In this document: positions 7,178-14,451 of the stretch, in pieces
Layout of the letters: every line of letters begins with the position of its first letter
How positions within the stretch are numbered: the first letter of the stretch is position 1
NCBI GenBank assembly: GCA_024641545.1
Contig: JAHECW010000005.1
Coordinates: 6,067 to 70,066 of the forward strand
Direction: 5' to 3'
DNA: 64,000 nucleotides
Source of the DNA: Acidobacteriota bacterium
Lineage (GTDB): Bacteria > Acidobacteriota > Thermoanaerobaculia > Thermoanaerobaculales > Sulfomarinibacteraceae
The notes under the pieces: generated by a model
Databases searched by the model: none
Seen by the model: only the letters and a program-made list of their open reading frames with translations
What the model was told of the DNA's origin: nothing
Translations under genes and position numbers: made by a program

Positions 7178-8782
7178 CTAGTGCCATTCCCAATCGATAA
7201 ATCCCGGCTTGACGTCGACCATGGCGTTGACGATGAGCTCCACCAGACCGCCGTAGTAGATCCCGGCCTTCTCGAATGCATCGTAGTAGGTGATGATGTC
7301 GCGGATCTGGCCCTTGCAGTTGGAGCACGGCGCGCAGACGTACTTCATGTGCGACGGATCCATGGACTCGTCCTGGAAGGCATTGAGGATCTGGCGGAAT
7401 TTCCGCCGCCCGGTCATCCGATGGCGCCAATCCTTGAAATTGTGGCCCGACATGATGGCGAAGCCCGAACCGCCGCCGCAGCAGTAGTTCTCGACCCCGT
7501 GCGGCGCCATTTCGCGGAAGCGGCCCTCGGGCACCACCGCGTCGATGATCTCGCGCTGCGGCGAGACGATGCCCATGAGGCGCACCAGGTTGCACGGATC
7601 ATGCAGGGTCACCGGGAAGTCGTTGCGGCTCTTGTCGAGCTTGAGCACACCCGATCGGATGATATCGCGCAGGGTCACCATGGAGCTCTCGCGCGGGATG
7701 TTGAGGTCGCCGGTGAGCACCTTGTCGGCGATGACCGTGAGGGCTTTGTGGGCGTGGCCGCACTCACCGAGGACGATCTTTCTGACTCCGAGTTTCTTGG
7801 CGATGGCGGCGTGCCGCACCGCGACCCGCGCGAACTGGACGTCGTCGTACCAGACCCCGTAGTTGATCCCGTCGTAGCCGATGGCATCGGACGACAGGGT
7901 CCAGCTGAGGCCGGCCGCTTCGAAGACCGTGGCGAAGGCGCCGGGGTTCTCGGGCCAGGCCATGATCTCACCGGCATTGTGGATGAGGAGGATGTCGGCG
8001 CCGACCTTGTCGAACGGCGTCTCGATGGTGATGCCGGTGCGCTCCGCGGTGTCTTCGTCGATGAACTCGATGTTGTCCTTGACGATCATCGGGGTCATAC
8101 CGGTGGATGAACCGACCCTGAGCTGAAGCACGGACCCGTCGTCGTGGATCTCCTTGGGAACGATCCCCATCTCCATGCTCGCGATCTTCCGGATCTCGCG
8201 CGACAGCAGCGCGTTGTCGGCGCCGATGGGACAGGTCTGGGCGCAGCGGCGGCAGAGGTTGCAGCGGTAGCTCAACTCGATGAGCCGGGCCACCGTCTCC
8301 CAGTTGAGATCGATGTCGCCGTGCAGCGAAGGCGAGGCCTTCTTGACGTACTTGAAGTAGATCCGGCGCAGGATTTCGGAACGATAGACGGGTCGGTAGA
8401 GTTCGTTCTCACCGCTTTCCTGGAAGATCGGGCAGGCGTCGGAGCAGGTGTGGCACTTGGCGCAGTGCTCCATCGACATCTCGAAGGGCTGGAGGAACGT
8501 CCAGTTGTCGTCGACGCTGAAGAGCTTCTCGAGACCGCTGAGGAAGCCGTTGACCAGCTTGTCTTCCTCTTCCTTGGTCTTCGGTTTCTCGATATTGACC
8601 GCGATGGTGTCGTCGAGAACGACGTACTTTTCGCGGGCGGCGTCGGAGAGCTGGGCGAACTCGGGCTCTTCGTCGATCTTGTCAAAGGGGGGCGGCAACG
8701 GGATCTGTTCGTACTGGTTGATCTGGGCGAGGGGTTCGCCCGGATTCTTCCCCATGTCCTTGACGCTGTTGGGCTGTTTCAT
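7178..8782 (-). CDS. Second DsrK/HdrD-like Fe-S protein with CCG domain
   Basis: CAKCHTCSDACP and CNLCRRCAQTCP ferredoxin motifs. LHDPCNLVR ... NYCCGGGSG ... CAPCSNCK CCG signature. ATG overlaps the upstream stop (ATGA). Confidence 0.85.
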   Translation of the reverse strand: MKQPNSVKDMGKNPGEPLAQINQYEQIPLPPPFDKIDEEPEFAQLSDAAREKYVVLDDTIAVNIEKPKTKEEEDKLVNGFLSGLEKLFSVDDNWTFLQPFEMSMEHCAKCHTCSDACPIFQESGENELYRPVYRSEILRRIYFKYVKKASPSLHGDIDLNWETVARLIELSYRCNLCRRCAQTCPIGADNALLSREIRKIASMEMGIVPKEIHDDGSVLQLRVGSSTGMTPMIVKDNIEFIDEDTAERTGITIETPFDKVGADILLIHNAGEIMAWPENPGAFATVFEAAGLSWTLSSDAIGYDGINYGVWYDDVQFARVAVRHAAIAKKLGVRKIVLGECGHAHKALTVIADKVLTGDLNIPRESSMVTLRDIIRSGVLKLDKSRNDFPVTLHDPCNLVRLMGIVSPQREIIDAVVPEGRFREMAPHGVENYCCGGGSGFAIMSGHNFKDWRHRMTGRRKFRQILNAFQDESMDPSHMKYVCAPCSNCKGQIRDIITYYDAFEKAGIYYGGLVELIVNAMVDVKPGFIDWEWH

Positions 8783-9714
8783 TTGGTCTGGTCCTCCAAG
8801 GTCACGTCAAGCCAGCTTTTCTTACCGTCGGCTCCGATGTGCGGCGCCGACCAGGTCACCGGCCTCGAGAGGAGTTCCTGGATGGTCCCCTCCTGCCGGC
8901 CGCCGGCCAGGTTCGGCTCATCCGACCAGCGGATGGAGTGGTAGGCGAAGTACTTGCCGATGAAATGCGACATATGGGTCGTCGGGATGTAAGCGGTGAG
9001 CAGCGCGAGCAGCACCACCGACAGAGTCAACAGCAGGCCGGCCGGCCCGGCTCCGACCGGTGCGAGGTCGAAGGTCACCAGATTGGTGATGAAGGTGGTG
9101 ACCATGGAGAAATCTCGGTCGTAGACGACAAGAGACACCAACGAGACTCCGAAGGCGGCGATGAAGAAGACGAGGTTGAACAGATCGGCCGGCGCCGTGT
9201 AGTCGCGGAGGGCGCGGCTGCGGCGGCGCATGAAGAGCCCGATGGCGCCGATGATCCCCAAAACCAGCCCTGCCCCACCGAGGAATGGAGCCACGAGGTT
9301 GACGATCTTGGCCACGGGTGCCGCAATGTTCTCCGGAAGATAGCCGACAACCAACCCGCCGGCGAGCATGAGCGCGGTCACGCCGCCCACCAGGTAGAGT
9401 CCGAAGTGAAACGGAAAGGAGCGGGTCCAGAGCTTCTTGTTGTGCTCTCTCAGCGCAACCAGAAAGAGGATCTCCGGCACCATGACCTTGAGCTCGCCGA
9501 AGAGCGAGACCTCGCGTTTCTTGGTCCACCACTCGGTGTCTTCGAGATAGGACCCACCGTACGCGGCCTTTCCACCGCCCTCGTGCGCGACGGGATAGAG
9601 TTCCCACCGCACGTGCATCGGCATCTTCGACCACATCATGAATCGGGCGATGCACGCGATGAGAAAGAAGACGAGGCCGAGGTAGGCGACCACGTACGCG
9701 AAAGTAGTCATCAT
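8779..9714 (-). CDS. Second NarI/DsrM/HmeC-like membrane cytochrome b subunit
   Basis: Polytopic membrane protein with the typical N-terminal stretch MPMHVRWELYPVAHEGGGKAAYGGSYLED...FPFHFGLY. The track start at 9720 is GTG; the ATG at 9714 or 9711 follows a GAGGTG RBS, so the start is uncertain by a few codons. Confidence 0.75.
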   Translation of the reverse strand: MMTTFAYVVAYLGLVFFLIACIARFMMWSKMPMHVRWELYPVAHEGGGKAAYGGSYLEDTEWWTKKREVSLFGELKVMVPEILFLVALREHNKKLWTRSFPFHFGLYLVGGVTALMLAGGLVVGYLPENIAAPVAKIVNLVAPFLGGAGLVLGIIGAIGLFMRRRSRALRDYTAPADLFNLVFFIAAFGVSLVSLVVYDRDFSMVTTFITNLVTFDLAPVGAGPAGLLLTLSVVLLALLTAYIPTTHMSHFIGKYFAYHSIRWSDEPNLAGGRQEGTIQELLSRPVTWSAPHIGADGKKSWLDVTLEDQTK

Positions 9715-10240
9715 TATCACCTCATGGTTATTTTACAGTATTGTGTTACGTCATGCGATAACAGCTTCAACGCGCTCATTCTACTGAAGACGACCGCTGA
9801 TTCTCAAGATTTCGCTCAGCAACGGTTGACCTTCGGATGGGCCCGCGCGCCACTCCACCGATGAACCACTGCCGACGGGACCACATCTCCCGCGATTCGA
9901 GCAATTGCCATTCCTGAGTGAAACGCTCAGCATTGACTCCACCACCGGAGAAGATCGCTCAATCCGTCGCAAGATCAAGTGTTTCGCGATCAAGAAGCTC
10001 CGCGCCGAATCGACTTGTGGTGCAGGTCCGGATCACCGCTGTCGACATGTCGCAATCCTGGAACACCCTCACCCTCCGTTACGGCGAGGTGACACCGGCA
10101 CGTGTATTTGTGCTCAGTTTTGAGATTGAAGCTCGCTGCTGCCGACTTCGAAACCACCCACGAAGGCGCCGGCAGTGTCCGCAGTCTTCGACTCCTGATC
10201 GCGCACAGGCAAGTGGTTTCTTTCACCGCGAGAAGTGCCG

Positions 10241-10268
10241 CGCATCCCTTCGGACTGACAGGGATGCG
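10241..10268 (-). terminator. Hairpin just downstream of the histidine-kinase stop
   Basis: CGCATCCCT-(10 nt)-AGGGATGCG, a 9-bp stem, 14 nt after the stop at 10282. No clear T-run follows, so intrinsic-terminator function is uncertain. Confidence 0.3.
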
Positions 10269-10281
10269 ACACCGAAGGGGA

Positions 10282-11736
10282 TCAGCGGTCGATGATCTCC
10301 GGCGGAATGTGGTGCAACGGAAGCACCATCGTCACCGTCGTTCCGAGTCCCACCGCGCTCTCGAGCGAGACCTTGCCGCCGTGCATCTGCGCTGCTTCCC
10401 GCACGATCGAGAGCCCGAGCCCGGTGCCTTCGGCTTGGGCGTGCTTGGCGTTGGGGGCGCGGACGAACTCGAGAAAGACATCATCCTGGAGCTCCTTCGG
10501 AATTCCGATTCCGTCGTCCGCGACCACTACCATCGCGTGGGATCGATCGATGCCGAGGGCCACGGTGACGGTGCCGCCCCCCGGCTTCGAGTACTTGATC
10601 GCGTTGTGGATCAGATTCTCGAAGGCGTAGACGAGATCCGGAGGCACCGCCCAGTCGAGGACTGCGGCGCCCTCGTTGATGAAGTGCGGAATCAGCTCCA
10701 CATTCGCCTCGCGGGCATAAGGGTCGAGCGCATCGAAGAGGTCGGCCAGAATCTGATTGATGCTGACCTTCCGGGTCCACGGCGCCCGGGCCCGGCCCTC
10801 GCGCATCTTGGCCAGCTCCAGGAGATCGTTGACGATGGCGAGGAGCGAGTCCACCCGCGCCGCGGTTCCCTCCAGCAGCCGGCGACCATCGGCAGACCCC
10901 GGTTCGACGTAACCGTCGATCAGGACCTGAATCGACGTCTTGATGGTTCCCAGCGGTGATCGGAGTTGGTGGGCGGAAATCCTCATGTAGTGCGATTTGC
11001 GACGCTCCACCTGGGCCTGTTCTTCGAGGGCGCGGCGGAGCTCTGTGGAGGTCTCGTGGAGTTCGATGTTGCGCGCCTTGAACCGGCTGGTCACCGAATC
11101 CGTGAGATAGACCACACCAAAGACCAAGACCACGAGCATGGCCATGCTGAGGACGCAGCTGCCGACCGTCGACCGGCCGCCCACAACCGTGGCGACCTGT
11201 GCGAGCACACCCAGGTGCTCGAGGGCAAAGAGACTTGCCGCCGCCCCGGCCACCGCAAAGCCGAGTCCGTACATGGTTCGGCCGTCGATCATGATCGTCC
11301 CGATGGCCATGTGGAAAACCACGAACGGCAGGACCGGGCTGGAGCATCCTCCGGTGAAGTGAACCGTGAAGAAGAGCGCCGCCAGATCGGTCACCATCTG
11401 CAGGATGGCGAGCCCCCTGAGCGCGGCGTAGTCCTTTTCGGGACCGAGCCTCGCCCGGAGCACATGGATGAAGACGACGTTGTAGAGGGCGACCAGCACG
11501 GCGACAACGGCCAGGCTCGGGGAGGTCGAGGGCATGGAGAAATACGGCCCCAGCACCGAAGCCAAAGCGAGGCCGAGGGCGGCCAACCAGCGCAGCTTGC
11601 AGAACCAGAGCAGTCGCTCGTGGAGTTCCCAGGAAAAAATGTAACTGAATCGGTTCTTTTCAGTCCCACTCCGGTGCCGCACCGCAGAACCCGGTGCGCC
11701 CTGGGTCTGCGGACGCGGTCCGGTCGATTCTCCCAT
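10282..11736 (-). CDS. Membrane sensor histidine kinase
   Basis: About six N-terminal hydrophobic helices. HisKA H-box ISAHQLRSPL. HATPase motifs (NLIHNAIKYS, DDGIGIP, GTGLGLSIV). Confidence 0.85.
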   Translation of the reverse strand: MGESTGPRPQTQGAPGSAVRHRSGTEKNRFSYIFSWELHERLLWFCKLRWLAALGLALASVLGPYFSMPSTSPSLAVVAVLVALYNVVFIHVLRARLGPEKDYAALRGLAILQMVTDLAALFFTVHFTGGCSSPVLPFVVFHMAIGTIMIDGRTMYGLGFAVAGAAASLFALEHLGVLAQVATVVGGRSTVGSCVLSMAMLVVLVFGVVYLTDSVTSRFKARNIELHETSTELRRALEEQAQVERRKSHYMRISAHQLRSPLGTIKTSIQVLIDGYVEPGSADGRRLLEGTAARVDSLLAIVNDLLELAKMREGRARAPWTRKVSINQILADLFDALDPYAREANVELIPHFINEGAAVLDWAVPPDLVYAFENLIHNAIKYSKPGGGTVTVALGIDRSHAMVVVADDGIGIPKELQDDVFLEFVRAPNAKHAQAEGTGLGLSIVREAAQMHGGKVSLESAVGLGTTVTMVLPLHHIPPEIIDR

Positions 11737-11739
11737 TGG

Positions 11740-12138
11740 TCAGGGCTTCGCTTCGCCCGGTCCGACGAGCTCACCGACCTTGCGCATGAGATCTTCGGGC
11801 GAGATCGGCTTTTCGAGGTAGTGGTCCGCCGGGACCCACGACTCGTCGACCTCCAGTCGCAGGTTGTAGACGCGATCGACTCCGGTGAGGATGATGATCG
11901 GGATGAGCGCGGTCGCGTCGTTGTTCCGAAGGGAACGGGCGACATCGAACCCCTCGGACATGTGGTCCATCATGACGTCGAGAACAATCAAATCCGGCGG
12001 ATCGTCGTCAACGACCGCCAAGGCTTCGGTGCCGTTGGCAACGGTCCGCACGTGATACCGCGTCCCGAGCACCGCGGCCACCGATTGAACGAAAACCGGA
12101 TCGTCGTCCGCAACCAGCACCGTCGGTCGCGGCATCAT
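11740..12138 (-). CDS. Stand-alone receiver-domain response regulator (CheY-like)
   Basis: 132 aa. VLVADDDP ... DLIVLDVMMD ... ILTG ... YLEKP receiver pattern with no output domain. GGAGTGG RBS. 4-nt gap to the kinase gene. Confidence 0.85.
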   Translation of the reverse strand: MMPRPTVLVADDDPVFVQSVAAVLGTRYHVRTVANGTEALAVVDDDPPDLIVLDVMMDHMSEGFDVARSLRNNDATALIPIIILTGVDRVYNLRLEVDESWVPADHYLEKPISPEDLMRKVGELVGPGEAKP

Positions 12139-12260
12139 CCACTCCGAACCGCGGAGGTTCCGGCCCGGGACCGGCGGCGTCTGTCCATCAACGCGTTCAT
12201 GTCAACAACTCGACAATACCCGAGACCCACTCGATGCAACAAGCGCTGCCGAACTTCATC

Positions 12261-13895
12261 TCATCCGCAGGAGCCGGTGGGACAACCCCGACCGGAGAGG
12301 TGGGCTTCATATTCTTTCCGGAAATTGCCCAGGCCGGTGATGACGGAACCGGTGGCATTGCGACCGAGTTCGCACAGGGACGTCTGTCGAATGTGCCGGC
12401 AGAGCCGTTCCAGACGCTTCAGGTCGGACGCCTCTGCCTGACCCGAACCGATGCGATCGAGGAGATTGAGGACCACCCTGGTCCCGATCCGGCAGGGCGG
12501 ACACGTCCCGCACGACTCTTCGGCGCAGAAGGCAACAAAATAGCGAGCGAGAGCCACCGGACAGCTGCCCGGGCCGAGCACCACGACGCTCCCCGAACCG
12601 AGATTGGCCTCGTGGTTGCGGAGCGACCCGAAATCAACGGTGGTGTCGAACTGGGAGCGAGACAGGGTCACACCACCGGGACCCCCGAGGTGGGCTCCCA
12701 GAACCCCGTCGTCGGCGCCCGCGCCGGCGATCTCCTCAACGATCCTGGCAAGGCTCGTCCCGATCGGCACCTCGGCCACCCCGGGTCTGGGGACGGCGCC
12801 CGACACGCTGACCACCTTGGTGCCGGACGGACGGACATCGGCGCCGAGCCGCTCGGGCAGCACGATCAACGGGATGTTGGCCAGCGTCTCGAGACCGTTG
12901 ATCAAGGTCGGGCAACCCCACAGGCCGCTGACCGCCGGGAACGGCGGACGGGGCCTGGCGACCGCGCGACGCCCCTGGAGCGCGTTGAGCAACGAGGTTT
13001 CCTCGCCACCCATGGACGCCCCGGCGTTCTCGCAGATCTCGATCGAGAAATCGAACCCCGAACCGAGAATCCTCGAACCGAGAAAACCCCGATTCCGAGC
13101 CTGCTCTACGGCCCGCTCGGCGCGGGCGACGGCCAGGCGGTGCTCCGATCGGAGAAACAGCCGACCCTCCCTGGCGCCCACCGCATAGCCCGCGATGGCC
13201 ATCCCTTCGACAACACTGTGCGGGTCTCCTTCGACGAGGGTGCGATCCGCGGTCGGTCCCGGGTCGCCCCCTTCGCCGTTGCCGACGACATATCGGATCT
13301 GTCCCGGCGTGTCGGCGACCAGCGCCCACTTCAACCCGACGGGGAACCCCGCCCCGCTCCGTTCCTGGAGACCGGATCGCTTGACCAGATCGATGATCTT
13401 CACCGGATCGAGATCGAGGAGCGATCGCCGCAGCGCATCATAGGCACCGAGCGTAACCGCGTGTTCCACATCCTCGGGATCGACGACGCCGCACCGGGCC
13501 AGCACCTGACGATCCTGGTTCGCGAAGAACGGATTGTCCGCCAGTCCCCGGTATCGCTGACCGCTCGCGGGTTCGAGATACAGCAATCGGTCGATGACCT
13601 CGGATCGACCGACCGTGCGATCGAGGATCTCGTCCACATCCTCCTGCCTGACCCGACAGTAGAGCACGTCCAGTCCTGGAAGGTGGACCAGCGGACCCTG
13701 ACTGCAGAACCCACGGCACCCGACCACGCACGGCTTCGACTCGATCGTGACCTTTGATCCGGAGCCGGCCGCGCCCCCTTGCAGCGCTTCAATCACCTCG
13801 AGGGCACCGAGGGCGATGCAGCCGCTGCCGCCGCAGACACGAATCGCCACCGGAGTCCGGTCCGGAGCCTGCGAGGCGGTCGTCGGCGCCGTCAA
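12261..13895 (-). CDS. NuoF/HoxF/HndC-like NADH-binding FMN/Fe-S subunit with N-terminal thioredoxin-like [2Fe-2S] domain
   Basis: RVCGGSGC...CRGFCSQGP (2Fe-2S), GAGFPVGLKW (NADH site), GGEETSLLNAL (FMN site), ESCGTCPPCRIG (N3 cluster). Start trimmed from 14015 to the TTG at 13895. That TTG overlaps the NuoE-like stop (TTGA) and follows GGAGGA at a 6-nt spacing. A GTG at 13850 is an alternative. Confidence 0.85.
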   Translation of the reverse strand: MTAPTTASQAPDRTPVAIRVCGGSGCIALGALEVIEALQGGAAGSGSKVTIESKPCVVGCRGFCSQGPLVHLPGLDVLYCRVRQEDVDEILDRTVGRSEVIDRLLYLEPASGQRYRGLADNPFFANQDRQVLARCGVVDPEDVEHAVTLGAYDALRRSLLDLDPVKIIDLVKRSGLQERSGAGFPVGLKWALVADTPGQIRYVVGNGEGGDPGPTADRTLVEGDPHSVVEGMAIAGYAVGAREGRLFLRSEHRLAVARAERAVEQARNRGFLGSRILGSGFDFSIEICENAGASMGGEETSLLNALQGRRAVARPRPPFPAVSGLWGCPTLINGLETLANIPLIVLPERLGADVRPSGTKVVSVSGAVPRPGVAEVPIGTSLARIVEEIAGAGADDGVLGAHLGGPGGVTLSRSQFDTTVDFGSLRNHEANLGSGSVVVLGPGSCPVALARYFVAFCAEESCGTCPPCRIGTRVVLNLLDRIGSGQAEASDLKRLERLCRHIRQTSLCELGRNATGSVITGLGNFRKEYEAHLSGRGCPTGSCG

Positions 13896-14449
13896 CGCCG
13901 GTCCTCCGGCCGACGATCGGGGCCGAGGAGCTCGGTCACGAGATCGCCGGCGGCGGCTTCTGTCTCCACGCCGCGAACCCGGTCCTCGATCCGAATCACC
14001 GGCGCGAGGCCGCACACGGCGAGACAGCGCTCCTGGCGCACGGCGAGGGTCGGCTCGCCGGCGATCGGCGGCCGTTCAGCCACCGCTCGGTTGATCCGGC
14101 GCAGCACCCCTTCCCCTCCACACAGGAAACAGCCGGGTCCGGTGCAGACATCGACGATGAGCCGGCCGCGCCGCTCGGAACTGAGTTGCGGGTAGTAGCT
14201 CACAACCCCGGCAACCTGGGCGGGTGAGAGGCCGAACCGGTCCGCCACCAACTCCTGCACTCTCCACGAGACCCTGTCAAAGACCTGCTGGAGACCCAAG
14301 AGCACTCGAATCAGCCCCTCCCGTCCGCCGGGCGCCTGCGCCAGCAACTCGTCGACCAACTCGATCACCGCCGGATCGAGGGCCTCCGCACCATCGCCGC
14401 CTTCGGTGCCGAAGAAACCGGAGTCGGTGATGTCGTCGGTAATGCTCAT
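13892..14449 (-). CDS. NuoE-like thioredoxin-fold [2Fe-2S] subunit
   Basis: VVSYYPQL...VDVCTGPGCFLCGG...CLAVCGLAPV signature. The ATG at 14449 (MSITDD...) lies 2 nt after the upstream stop; the track start at 14476 is a GTG inside the upstream gene. Confidence 0.8.
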   Translation of the reverse strand: MSITDDITDSGFFGTEGGDGAEALDPAVIELVDELLAQAPGGREGLIRVLLGLQQVFDRVSWRVQELVADRFGLSPAQVAGVVSYYPQLSSERRGRLIVDVCTGPGCFLCGGEGVLRRINRAVAERPPIAGEPTLAVRQERCLAVCGLAPVIRIEDRVRGVETEAAAGDLVTELLGPDRRPEDRR

Positions 14450-14451
14450 CG

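Noticed and set aside
9898-9912. TGGCAATTGC on the minus strand upstream of the DsrM-like gene
   Set aside because: GG and GC are only 6 nt apart instead of 10, so this is not a functional -24/-12 arrangement.
10093-10112. CGGCACGTGTATTTGTGC on the plus strand, resembling a -24/-12 promoter
   Set aside because: The -12 region is TTTG/TTGT rather than TTGC at the required spacing. There is also no plus-strand gene downstream; the next genes are all on the minus strand.
12234-12252. Sigma-54-like motif GGCAG-N6-TTGCA on the minus strand between the NuoF-like stop and the receiver gene
   Set aside because: GG-to-GC spacing is one nucleotide too long and the -24 element has G instead of C at the fifth position. 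Sigma-54 promoters tolerate spacing changes poorly.
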